Assembly: GCA_049294075.1 (NCBI GenBank)
Contig: JBAQCK010000039.1
Span: 3,409 to 67,408, forward strand
Direction: 5' to 3'
DNA from: Bacteroidales bacterium
GTDB lineage: Bacteria > Bacteroidota > Bacteroidia > Bacteroidales > VadinHA17
Length of the DNA stretch: 64,000 nucleotides
Shown: positions 1 through 8,744 of the stretch, in pieces
Layout: every line of letters starts with the position of its first letter
Position numbering within the stretch: position 1 is the stretch's first letter
Program-made: the position numbers and the translations under genes
The notes under the pieces: model-generated
The model's input: the letters and a program-made list of their open reading frames with translations, nothing else
The model's database searches: none
What the model was told of the DNA's origin: nothing

Positions 1-591
1 TCAACCGGGGAGAAACAATATATCGATAAATTTCAGGAACTTCTATGGCCTGCACTCGATCGTAACGTAAGTATGAGCATTTTGACGGCATTGGAAGCCA
101 TACCTCACATGGATGCATCATATAAGGAAAGGCTCCGCCCGTATATTGTAAAGTACAAGGAATACATCGACGGGCTTGAAAAAGATAATCCGTACGGAGT
201 CCCGATCAGCCTTGGTAACTGGGCAGGCAGCGGAGGCGTGGTCAGCTTTGGAACCACCGTTTGTTTTGCCAGTAAGCATTACCCTGACATTATCGATGCC
301 AGCCATGCTTTCAAGACCACCAACTGGCTGTTTGGCTGCCATCCATACCATAATTATTCGCTTGTGGCAACGGTGGGCGCTGCTCGTCCGAAAGCAGTCT
401 TTTATGGTAACAACAGGGCTGATTTCTCATTTATTCCGGGCAATGTTGCCCCCGGTATATTATTCAGAAAGCCCGACCACTTTGAAAACTACGACGACTG
501 GCCATTTATCTGGGGACAAAACGAGGGCACAATTGGAGGAAACACAGCTTATCTTATTTTTGGATCGGCTTTCAAGAGTCTGGTAAAATAA
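1..591 (+). CDS. C-terminal part of a glycoside hydrolase, GH9-like six-hairpin fold (5' end outside window)
   Basis: Frame 1 is open from base 1 (STGEKQYIDKF...) into listed ORF 73..591. C-terminal 'WGQNEGTIGGNTAYLIF' resembles the GH9 catalytic-Glu 'NEVAxxxNA' region. Family call is from memory only. Confidence 0.4.
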   Translation, partial: STGEKQYIDKFQELLWPALDRNVSMSILTALEAIPHMDASYKERLRPYIVKYKEYIDGLEKDNPYGVPISLGNWAGSGGVVSFGTTVCFASKHYPDIIDASHAFKTTNWLFGCHPYHNYSLVATVGAARPKAVFYGNNRADFSFIPGNVAPGILFRKPDHFENYDDWPFIWGQNEGTIGGNTAYLIFGSAFKSLVK

Positions 592-622
592 GCGGTGGTT
601 GTCCGGTTCCCCTTTTTGTTTA

Positions 623-652
623 CCCCCATCCCGAAAGCTTTCGGGATGGGGG
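623..652. repeat. Perfect 30-nt GC-rich palindrome (cccccatcccgaaag/ctttcgggatggggg)
   Basis: Left half 623-637 is the exact reverse complement of 638-652. Lies in the 310-bp spacer between two + strand genes. Confidence 0.85.
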
Positions 653-712
653 GTAGAACGTAAAATGGAAATTAAGTGATCCAACTTTATTGAAAGATGT
701 GTATCAAGGTTA

Positions 713-758
713 GGTCCCCAGGGGGAGCAAATTGATTTTCTTCGCTCCCCCTGGGGCC
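713..758. repeat. GC-rich hairpin with 13-bp perfect stem (ccccagggggagc ... gctccccctgggg) and 15-nt AT-rich loop
   Basis: 716-728 is the exact reverse complement of 744-756. Flanking gg/cc can extend the stem. Confidence 0.8.
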
Positions 759-842
759 GGGGTAAACGAAGAACCGGAGCGAAGCGGAGCTCGACGAAGT
801 CAAAATCAATTCATGAATTACGTATCCTCCGTTATTATTTGC

Positions 843-850
843 TAATTTTG
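843..850 (+). promoter_or_regulatory. Candidate Bacteroidota -7 promoter box TAATTTTG
   Basis: Matches TAnnTTTG, 53 nt upstream of ATG 903. Confidence 0.35.
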
Positions 851-902
851 AGGCGGGACAAAGAGGTAAACAAACAAATAACCGGTTACATTACAAACAG
901 CC

Positions 903-1598
903 ATGTTACCTTTAAACAAAACTGCAGTCACGAAGAAAACCATTATTATCGCTGTCTTTTCCGCTTTCATTCTTCAGGCTTCTTTCGCCCAGGATTACAG
1001 GTACGGCCTGTATCTTTCGCCCATGATAACCTGGTTCGGCACCGATGTGGAAAATATAAGCAACAAGGGAGCCAGGGCAGGATTCGGAGTAACCATTACA
1101 GCCGAAAGACATCTGACCGACAACTGGCATTTCAATTCCGGGCTCGGATTCTCGGCTGCAAGCGGAAGACTGGTGAACTCATCCGCTTCTTTCTTCAGGT
1201 TTTCAGATCATACCTCAACCATACCCGAAGGTGAACCGATTGTCTACAGGCTCCAGTACCTTTCGATTCCTGTCGGGATAAAAATCAAGACAATGGAAAC
1301 TGGCTACCTGGTTTATTTCGCCGAATTCGGCCTTGATCCTAAAGTGGCCATCAGCAGAAGAGTTGATATTCCGTCGATCAGCGTGGAAGGAAAGAGAGCC
1401 GCTGGTGAAATAAAGAGCCTCAATGCCGGTTACCATTTTTCCGGAGGTGCTGAATATTCGATCGACGGCAATGCTTCCCTTGTTCTGGGTATCGGATTCG
1501 AAAGCAATATTTTTGACACAACCAGGGACTACGAAACCAACGAAAGCGACCGGTCAACGCAAAGAATGGTGAAGTTCATCTTTGGCATCAACTTCTGA
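903..1598 (+). CDS. Outer-membrane beta-barrel (porin-family/OMP_b-brl_2-like) protein
   Basis: Signal peptide 'IIIAVFSAFILQASFAQ', alternating beta-strand pattern, C-terminal aromatic 'FIFGINF'. Confidence 0.7.
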   Translation: MLPLNKTAVTKKTIIIAVFSAFILQASFAQDYRYGLYLSPMITWFGTDVENISNKGARAGFGVTITAERHLTDNWHFNSGLGFSAASGRLVNSSASFFRFSDHTSTIPEGEPIVYRLQYLSIPVGIKIKTMETGYLVYFAEFGLDPKVAISRRVDIPSISVEGKRAAGEIKSLNAGYHFSGGAEYSIDGNASLVLGIGFESNIFDTTRDYETNESDRSTQRMVKFIFGINF

Positions 1599-1742
1599 AT
1601 TGAGAAAATTATACAATTGATATCGATAATGTTTTTACAAGCACACTATCTGCAATGCAGCTTATTACCCCCCAACCCCCCCAGGTGGGGGCTTTAGAAG
1701 CATTTCAGTCGAAGTACCAGATTCCCAGAATAACATACAATT

Positions 1743-3395
1743 ATGAACATTACTATCGCCCAGCTGAATTACCACATTGGTAATTTTGAATATAATAAAG
1801 AACTTATTTGCAGTGCAATCGATAAAGCAAGGAGCGAAGGATCGGACCTTGTGATTTTTTCGGAATTATGCATTCCGGGGTACCCGCCTCTCGATCTTCT
1901 CGACAGGATAGATTTTGTTGAAAAATGCAACACTACTGTCAACGAGATTGCAGCCTTCTGCAAAGGGATAACGGCCATTGTGGGTTCACCAACCTTCAAC
2001 ACCGATCCTGAAGGCAAAAAGCTTTACAATTCAGCCCTCGTTCTGTCGGAAGGCAAAATACTCTTCAGGACCAACAAAGCCCTCCTTCCAACCTACGATA
2101 TATTTGATGAATACAGGTACTTCGAACCCGAAAATAATTTCTCGATATTTTCAATAAAGGGAATAAAGATTGCCCTTACCATCTGCGAGGACCTCTGGGA
2201 TGAGCAGCCATTCGACAATAAATTCGAGAAATCGAGATTGTACACTGTCTCTCCCATGGATGAACTGGCAAGGTACAGCCCGGACCTGATAATAAACATG
2301 TCGGCCTCTCCCTTTTCATATACCAAGATTGAAGCAAAAAAGAAGATCTTCACTTCGAAGGCAGCCAAGCACGGGATACCCGTTGTAACGGCCAACCAGG
2401 CCGGAGCAAATACCGAACTTATCTTCGACGGCGCATCAATGATAATTAACGGCGAAGGGAAAATCTACCGCCAGCTCGGGTACTTCGAGGAAACGGTGTT
2501 TACCTTTTCACTCGAAGATGCTATCGCGTTGAAGAACCCCTCTCCCGAGGTCCGGCATGACCCGGTTTCGCTGATCCATAAAGCTCTTGTCACGGGAATA
2601 AGGGACTACTTCAGGAAAAGCGGATTTACAAAATGCATTGCAGGACTTTCGGGAGGCATCGATTCTGCAGTTGTCACCTGCCTCGCCCGCGAAGCGCTGG
2701 GACCGGAAAATGTAAAAGCGCTGCTGATGCCTTCAAGATATTCATCAGATCATTCGGTTTCCGACTCGATTGAACTTGCGCGCAACCTGGGAATCGAATA
2801 TGAGACAATCGGCATCGAGAAACCTTTCACTGCATTCCTTGAAACACTGGAGCCGTACTTCAGAAATCTTAAGGCTGATGTTACCGAGGAGAATATACAG
2901 GCAAGGATCAGGGCAATCCTGCTTATGGCTTTCGCAAACAAGTTCGGATCAATACTCCTTAACACTTCAAACAAAAGTGAAGCGGCCGTCGGCTACGGGA
3001 CACTCTATGGCGACATGGCCGGAGGTATTTCAGTCATCGGCGATGTCTATAAAACAGATGTCTACAGGCTTGCCAGGGAAATTAACCGCGAAAGGGAGAT
3101 AATTCCTGTTAAAATAATAACAAAGCCTCCCTCAGCAGAACTCAGGCCCGATCAGCTCGACACTGACTCGCTGCCCGAATACGGCATACTCGACTCCATT
3201 CTTTATCAGTATATCGAACAGCAAAAACCGGCAGACGAGATTGTCCTTGACGGTTACGAAAGATCCGTGGTCGACAGGGTGCTCAGACTGATCAACTACA
3301 ATGAATACAAAAGATACCAGGCGCCGCCCGTGTTGAGAATATCATCAAAATCGTTCGGCGACGGAAGAAAAATGCCGATTGTAGCCAAATACTGA
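1743..3395 (+). CDS. nadE: Glutamine-dependent NAD+ synthetase
   Basis: N-terminal CN-hydrolase domain ('ELCIPGYPPLDL', 'ICEDLW') plus C-terminal PP-loop 'GLSGGIDSAV'. 550 aa is typical. Confidence 0.9.
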   Translation: MNITIAQLNYHIGNFEYNKELICSAIDKARSEGSDLVIFSELCIPGYPPLDLLDRIDFVEKCNTTVNEIAAFCKGITAIVGSPTFNTDPEGKKLYNSALVLSEGKILFRTNKALLPTYDIFDEYRYFEPENNFSIFSIKGIKIALTICEDLWDEQPFDNKFEKSRLYTVSPMDELARYSPDLIINMSASPFSYTKIEAKKKIFTSKAAKHGIPVVTANQAGANTELIFDGASMIINGEGKIYRQLGYFEETVFTFSLEDAIALKNPSPEVRHDPVSLIHKALVTGIRDYFRKSGFTKCIAGLSGGIDSAVVTCLAREALGPENVKALLMPSRYSSDHSVSDSIELARNLGIEYETIGIEKPFTAFLETLEPYFRNLKADVTEENIQARIRAILLMAFANKFGSILLNTSNKSEAAVGYGTLYGDMAGGISVIGDVYKTDVYRLAREINREREIIPVKIITKPPSAELRPDQLDTDSLPEYGILDSILYQYIEQQKPADEIVLDGYERSVVDRVLRLINYNEYKRYQAPPVLRISSKSFGDGRKMPIVAKY

Positions 3396-3509
3396 TAGGC
3401 CGGCGAAGGTATGCCGGACCAATACTTAAAGGATTCGAACGCGGCTCACAAGTACTTGTAAGTGAATCTGTTAAAAAATGTTAATTTAGGTATCACCGGA
3501 TTCTTTTAT

Positions 3510-3517
3510 TATATTTG
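3510..3517 (+). promoter_or_regulatory. Candidate -7 promoter box TATATTTG
   Basis: Matches TAnnTTTG and overlaps the TTG that the ORF track lists as start (3515). This argues for ATG 3545 as the real start. Confidence 0.45.
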
Positions 3518-3544
3518 AAAGCAATTTCAACCATTCCCTTAATT

Positions 3545-4249
3545 ATGCAATACAGGAATCCTTACATTGAAATCTGTATCGAGGGACAGTTCTCGGTATT
3601 CAGGGGAATAAGCGCTGCCGACAAGGAATTGCTCGATCAGCACCACAGCGTGGCCGACTTCAGGAAAGGAAGGGTAATAATAAAAGCTGATACCAAGCCT
3701 AAGGGAGTAGTGTGCCTTGCCTCAGGAAAGGCCAAAACATCCAGAATCGGGGCAGGGAACAGGGAACAGATAGTCAGGCTTCAGAAGCCGCAGAATTTTC
3801 TGTGCTTCAGGTCGCTTTTTTCCGACACCCATTTCCCTTTCAATGTCACTGCTCTTGAAAACTCGACCGTTGTGATTTTCGAGAGGGTCACACTGTCAAA
3901 AATTCTCAGGCAGAATGCAGATCTGGCCGTAAGGTTCATGAAAATGATCTCGGAAGACCTCGATCTGGCAAATAACAGGCTTATATCACTCACGCAGAAG
4001 CATGTAATGGGAAGAGTCGCCGAATCGATCATTCTTTTGAAAGATATTTACGGCACCGAGGCTGATGGTATGACTATCAAGGCTCTTCTGTCGAGGGACG
4101 ACCTTGCTCACCTTTCAAACATGACAACATCGAATGCCATCCGGACTCTTGCCGGTCTTATCTCAGACGGCCTTGTTCGGGTCGAAGGAAGAAAGATAAA
4201 AATCACTGATCTTCCGAGGCTGGCAGCGATAAGTGAATCAGGACAATAA
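3545..4249 (+). CDS. Crp/Fnr family transcriptional regulator
   Basis: cNMP-binding-type beta-barrel followed by C-terminal HTH ('RDDLAHLSNMTTSNAIRTLAGL'). Start moved to the first ATG after the -7 box. Confidence 0.8.
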   Translation: MQYRNPYIEICIEGQFSVFRGISAADKELLDQHHSVADFRKGRVIIKADTKPKGVVCLASGKAKTSRIGAGNREQIVRLQKPQNFLCFRSLFSDTHFPFNVTALENSTVVIFERVTLSKILRQNADLAVRFMKMISEDLDLANNRLISLTQKHVMGRVAESIILLKDIYGTEADGMTIKALLSRDDLAHLSNMTTSNAIRTLAGLISDGLVRVEGRKIKITDLPRLAAISESGQ

Positions 4250-4256
4250 TCTGTAT

Positions 4257-6719
4257 CTACTCCCTGTAGAATACTCTTTTCACCCTGGCCGGGATTGATG
4301 TGAGAACCTCATAAGGTATTGTTCCGCACTGGCCTGCAATTTCGCTGATCGGTATATTAGGTCCGAATATCTCGGCATCATCCCCTTCCACAGCGCCTGC
4401 CACGGTAACATCAGCCATGCACATGTCCATGCATATGTTACCGACTAGCGGGACTCTCCTGCCCTTGACGAACAGGGACCCTTTGCCGTTTCCAAGGATC
4501 CTTCTGAGCCCGTCGGCATATCCGACAGGAAGGATGGCTATAAGGCGCTCTTTGTCAGATATGTCCCTGCACCCGTATCCAACAGGCTCGCCGGCCGGCA
4601 CTTTCTTCACCTGCAGTATCCTTGTCTTGAAGCGGCTCACCGGCCTGAGGTTAATTCCCTTCCATGAACCGGCACCGTAGATGCCTATTCCCGGTCTCAC
4701 CATGTCGAACTGATACTGCGGAAACCTTATTATCCCTGAGGTATTCAGGATGTGCCTCAGGAAGGGGTAACCGGTTGCCTCCCTGATAATCTCAGCCGCT
4801 GCAGTGAAGCGTTCGATCTGCCGGAGTGTGAATTCATCATAGGAAGGGTCCTCACTGGCTGCAAGATGCGAGAAAACCGACATCACTTTCAGGCTGCTCA
4901 GCCCCCTGATCCTTGAAGCCAGTTCACCGAGTTCATCAGGCATGAAACCCAACCGATGCATCCCGGTGTCGATTTTAAGGTGAACCGGATAATCCTGGAG
5001 GCCGTTGCGGGCCGCAGCCTCGGCAAAGCGGCCGAGAGAGGAAAAACTGTAAATTTCAGGTTCAAGGTTGTTTTCAAGCATATTCTCCACTGATGAGACA
5101 TCCGGATTCATAACAATGATCGGAAGCCTGACACCGGAGTTGCGGAGTTCAACACCCTCATCGGCATAAGCAACGCCAAGACAGCTTACGCGATGAAACT
5201 CGAGAAGCGAAGCAATCTCGGCGCCTCCCGAACCGTAACCGAAAGCCTTGACCATGGCCATGATCCGTGTTTCGGGATGAAGAAACCTGCGGAACTCGTT
5301 TATATTGTGTGAAATGGCATCCAGATTGATTTCGAGCACCGTGATGTGGACCTGCTGCTCCAGGAGCCTGGCGATCTTTTCAAATTCAAACCTTCGCGCA
5401 CCCTTAAGAAGAATGACTTCGTTTCTGAAGTTTTTCGGATTAAAGCTTTCGATAAAATTCGCAGTCGAGTAATAAAACCTTGCATCGTCATCAAATGAAG
5501 AACTGTTCCTCATAAGAGCATCCCCAATACCGATGAACTTGTCTATTCCGGTCTTCCTTACAAGTTCGGCAACCCCGGCATAAAGCTCCTTCTCCTCCCG
5601 GCCGCTCTGGATGAAATCGGAAAGGATCAGAGTTGTCTTTGTATTATTCTGCGATCTGAGAAAGTCGAGAGCCATCTTCAGCGAACCCGGATCGGAGTTA
5701 TAATAATCTTCTATAAGATGACAGTTATTGATCCCGCTCTTCATCTCCATCCTCATTGCCACCGACATCAGTCCTGCCAGTCCTGTTTTAATATCGGCAC
5801 TATCCATCCCGGTTACAAGACACACGCATGCAGCAGTTATTGCATTCTCGACCGATGCCCGGTCGCTGAACGGGATTACGTAGTCATCGGTCCGACCGTC
5901 GTATTTCATTTCCAGACCTGTATAGCCGCTTTTGCTCTTTTTCTTTCTGACGAAGATCCTTGCTTCAGTGTCTTCAAGCGACCAGTCGACCAGGTTAATT
6001 GAATTAAGATAGCTGTCGCCCAGAATCATCCTTCGAACAAGGGAGTGGTCCCTGCAGAAAACCACGGTTGAAGCGCCGGCGAACAGCTTAAGCTTTTCGG
6101 CTGCCTTTGCCTCATAATCTGTGAAATTCTCGTTGTGCGCATCCCCTATGTTGGTGATTACGCCGATGTCGGGCCTGATAACCTTCTGGAGCTTCTCCAT
6201 CTCGCCCGGGAAGGAGATACCTGCCTCGAATACCCCGTATCTGAATTTCTCACTGAGCCTCCAGACAGAAAGGGGCACTCCGATCTGGGAATTGTAACTC
6301 CTGGGACTCCTGATGACCGGATATTTTCTCCCGAGCAGATCGCCAAGCCATTCCTTGACTATTGTTTTGCCGGCACTTCCTGTTACTGCAATCACGGGTG
6401 AACTAAAGCCTGACCGCCTGGATGCCGCAAGCAGCTGAAGCGCTTCTACCGTATTCCTGCAAACAATGAAAGCGGCATCGGGGTAGAAGTCAGTGTTCCC
6501 CGGAAGTTGTTCAACAATAAAGACTTTTACACCTCTGCCGTACAGTTCATCAACAAAATCATGACCGTCGTGATTGGCTCCCCTGATTGCAATGAAAGCC
6601 GTATTTTCAGTATAACTCACCTGCCTGCTGTCGATCAGAAGATCGGCAACAATAAGGTCACCGGATCCGCTAAGGTTCCCTCCGGTTATCTGAGCAATAT
6701 CGGATGATGTATAATCCAT
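4257..6719 (-). CDS. murF-alr: Bifunctional UDP-MurNAc-tripeptide--D-Ala-D-Ala ligase (MurF) / alanine racemase (Alr) fusion
   Basis: N-terminal Mur ligase ('VTGSAGKTIVKEW' P-loop, 'EDYYNSDPGS'). C-terminal half has the PLP-Lys motif 'AMVKAFGYGSGG' and 'PVGYADG' of alanine racemase. 820 aa. Confidence 0.9.
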   Translation of the reverse strand: MDYTSSDIAQITGGNLSGSGDLIVADLLIDSRQVSYTENTAFIAIRGANHDGHDFVDELYGRGVKVFIVEQLPGNTDFYPDAAFIVCRNTVEALQLLAASRRSGFSSPVIAVTGSAGKTIVKEWLGDLLGRKYPVIRSPRSYNSQIGVPLSVWRLSEKFRYGVFEAGISFPGEMEKLQKVIRPDIGVITNIGDAHNENFTDYEAKAAEKLKLFAGASTVVFCRDHSLVRRMILGDSYLNSINLVDWSLEDTEARIFVRKKKSKSGYTGLEMKYDGRTDDYVIPFSDRASVENAITAACVCLVTGMDSADIKTGLAGLMSVAMRMEMKSGINNCHLIEDYYNSDPGSLKMALDFLRSQNNTKTTLILSDFIQSGREEKELYAGVAELVRKTGIDKFIGIGDALMRNSSSFDDDARFYYSTANFIESFNPKNFRNEVILLKGARRFEFEKIARLLEQQVHITVLEINLDAISHNINEFRRFLHPETRIMAMVKAFGYGSGGAEIASLLEFHRVSCLGVAYADEGVELRNSGVRLPIIVMNPDVSSVENMLENNLEPEIYSFSSLGRFAEAAARNGLQDYPVHLKIDTGMHRLGFMPDELGELASRIRGLSSLKVMSVFSHLAASEDPSYDEFTLRQIERFTAAAEIIREATGYPFLRHILNTSGIIRFPQYQFDMVRPGIGIYGAGSWKGINLRPVSRFKTRILQVKKVPAGEPVGYGCRDISDKERLIAILPVGYADGLRRILGNGKGSLFVKGRRVPLVGNICMDMCMADVTVAGAVEGDDAEIFGPNIPISEIAGQCGTIPYEVLTSIPARVKRVFYRE

Positions 6720-6720
6720 T

Positions 6721-7305
6721 CTATGTTTTACTTATAGCATTGATGTAGCACTCCCTGCAAAGAGGCTCATATTTGTCCTTTTCGCCCAGGACGACCACCT
6801 GTGACTCTTCCGACTTGCGATGAGAAAACTGGGCCAGGCTTCCGCAACGCATGCAGATTGCATGAACCTTGGTTATATATTCTGCTATAGCCAGAAGCGC
6901 CGGCATCGGACCAAAAGGATTGCCCATGAAATCCATGTCAAGACCTGCAACGACAACCCTCACACCGCTATTGGCCAGCTTGTTGCAGACCTCAACCACC
7001 GAATTGTCAAAAAACTGGGCCTCATCAATCCCAACCACATCAACATTATCGGCCAGCAGTAGTATTGACGCCGCATTTTCGACCGGTGTGGATACAATTG
7101 ACTTTTCATCGTGCGAGACAATCATAGTCCCGGAATAACGATTATCGACCGTGGGTTTGAAAATCTCGACCCTGAGGCCTGCAAACCGCGCCCGGCGAAG
7201 CCTCCTGATCAATTCTTCCGTCTTGCCGGAAAACATTGAACCGGTGATCACTTCTATTGTTCCGGGTCGCCCTGTCACCCTGCCTGAATTCTCGAGAAAG
7301 TCCAT
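6721..7305 (-). CDS. tdk: Thymidine kinase
   Basis: P-loop '[11 protein letters not shown]', 'GIDEAQFF', Zn ribbon 'CMRCG...CRECY'. Stop is 1 nt from the murF-alr start. Confidence 0.92.
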   Translation of the reverse strand: MDFLENSGRVTGRPGTIEVITGSMFSGKTEELIRRLRRARFAGLRVEIFKPTVDNRYSGTMIVSHDEKSIVSTPVENAASILLLADNVDVVGIDEAQFFDNSVVEVCNKLANSGVRVVVAGLDMDFMGNPFGPMPALLAIAEYITKVHAICMRCGSLAQFSHRKSEESQVVVLGEKDKYEPLCRECYINAISKT

Positions 7306-7374
7306 ACCCTGTCAGTGCCTTTTCTGAATAACTTAATTGTAACTCAATTAGTCGAAGACTTGAGTAATAATAAT

Positions 7375-7382
7375 TATTTTTG
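7375..7382 (+). promoter_or_regulatory. Candidate -7 promoter box TATTTTTG
   Basis: Matches TAnnTTTG, 42 nt upstream of ATG 7424. Confidence 0.45.
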
Positions 7383-7423
7383 CAAAATAAGGAAAATGAT
7401 TTGTTAATATCATACCGGAAGCC

Positions 7424-8080
7424 ATGGATTTGAATTCAACCATCGATATTATCATCAAAGACCTCAATGAAGCCAGGGAAATCATTGATGATCTGAAAAA
7501 TTATCCCGGCGTTCCCGAGTTCCAGATTGAGCTCGCAAAAGCAAAATGCAAAAGCGCTTCGGATGTGATAGCTCTGATCAAGAGAATAAACCTGACGACA
7601 CCGCCTTCCGCTGAGACACCCGAACCGCATGTTGAACCCGTGACCAAAAAAGCTGAACCGTATGTTGAACCCGTGACTGAAAAAGCTGAACCGCAACCTG
7701 AAAAAGAGGCCGCCAGGCCGCCAGATAAAAAACCCGCAGGCTTTTCTATATTAGCCGACCAGTATGCCGGCAGGTCAGAAAGTTTCAATGAGAAGCTTCG
7801 GACCAGGAAACCCGGAGAAGATGTACTTGAAATACTCAGGTCGAAACCTCTCTCAAGCCTTGACGAGGCAATCGGGATAAATGACAAATTCCTTTTCATC
7901 AGGGAGATATTCAATGGCAACAGCAACTCATACAACGAGGCTATCCAGAAGCTTGAAAAAGTGGGTAACATTTCTGATGCCATGGCCGTCATAATGGGGT
8001 ACGCAGGCGACAATTCGGGAAGTGAAGCAGTCACACAGCTCGTCGACCTGATAAAACGCAAGTTCATTGCACATGAGTAA
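7424..8080 (+). CDS. Hypothetical protein with internal Pro/Glu/Lys-rich tandem repeat
   Basis: Long ORF with its own promoter box. Helical N-terminus, 'EPHVEPVTKKA/EPYVEPVTEKA' repeat linker, conserved-looking C-terminus 'LDEAIGINDKFLFIREIFNGN'. Confidence 0.6.
   Translation: MDLNSTIDIIIKDLNEAREIIDDLKNYPGVPEFQIELAKAKCKSASDVIALIKRINLTTPPSAETPEPHVEPVTKKAEPYVEPVTEKAEPQPEKEAARPPDKKPAGFSILADQYAGRSESFNEKLRTRKPGEDVLEILRSKPLSSLDEAIGINDKFLFIREIFNGNSNSYNEAIQKLEKVGNISDAMAVIMGYAGDNSGSEAVTQLVDLIKRKFIAHE
7622..7700 (+). repeat. 33-nt in-frame tandem repeat (2 full copies plus a partial third)
   Basis: 7622-7654 and 7655-7687 differ at a few bases. A third copy starts at 7688 and degenerates. Confidence 0.85.
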
Positions 8081-8744
8081 ACTCTTTCTTGTGCCCACCC
8101 CAATCGGAAACCTCAAAGACATAACTTTCAGGGCAATAGAGGTTCTCGGGAGCGTCGACCTGATCCTCGCCGAGGACACACGTCAGGCAGCCAGGCTTCT
8201 TAATCATTATAAAATAAGAACTCCTGTCCAGTCGCATCACATGTACAACGAGCACCGGACATCCGAAGCAATCTGCGCAAGGATACTGTCAGGCACTACC
8301 ACTGCCCTCATTTCCGATGCCGGCACACCCGGAATATCCGACCCCGGATTCCTGCTTGTAAGGACCTGCCTTGAAAAAGGGATAGAAGTCGAAACCCTTC
8401 CCGGAGCTTCGGCTCTTTTGCCGGCACTTGTGAATTCGGGACTTCCCTGCGAGAGATTCTGCTTTGAAGGATTTCTTCCACCAAAAAAGGGAAGGAATAA
8501 AAGGATCACTTCACTGGCAGATGAGGCACGTACGATGATATTCTACGAATCGCCCTACCGCCTCGCAAGGACACTTGAGGATCTGGCAGCATGTTTCGGA
8601 CCCGGCCGCGAAGGTTCAGTATCGAGGGAACTGACTAAGATTTACGAGGAGACCGTCCGCGGAACCCTTGAATCGCTGGCAGGCCACTTTAAGGATCATA
8701 CTCCAAAGGGAGAGATAGTTATAATAGTTGCAGGAAAAAAATGA
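8073..8744 (+). CDS. rsmI: 16S rRNA (cytidine1402-2'-O)-methyltransferase
   Basis: 'LVPTPIGNLKDIT', 'LAEDTR', 'SDAGTPGISDPG'. ATG 8073 preferred over listed TTG 8067. Overlaps the upstream stop (ATGAGTAA). Confidence 0.9.
   Translation: MSKLFLVPTPIGNLKDITFRAIEVLGSVDLILAEDTRQAARLLNHYKIRTPVQSHHMYNEHRTSEAICARILSGTTTALISDAGTPGISDPGFLLVRTCLEKGIEVETLPGASALLPALVNSGLPCERFCFEGFLPPKKGRNKRITSLADEARTMIFYESPYRLARTLEDLAACFGPGREGSVSRELTKIYEETVRGTLESLAGHFKDHTPKGEIVIIVAGKK

Noticed and set aside
3431-3445. tRNA-like T-loop sequence (minus strand GTTCGAATCC)
   Set aside because: The flanking bases cannot form a T-stem (ccgcg vs ccttt) or an acceptor stem. No anticodon arm can be built. Judged a chance match.
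7501-8103. 200-aa ORF antisense to almost the whole 7424..8080 gene
   Set aside because: The Ser/Leu-rich low-complexity product is typical of the reverse frame of a Glu/Lys-rich gene. It has no promoter box or independent signal. The sense gene has the promoter, the repeat structure and a conserved-looking C-terminus.
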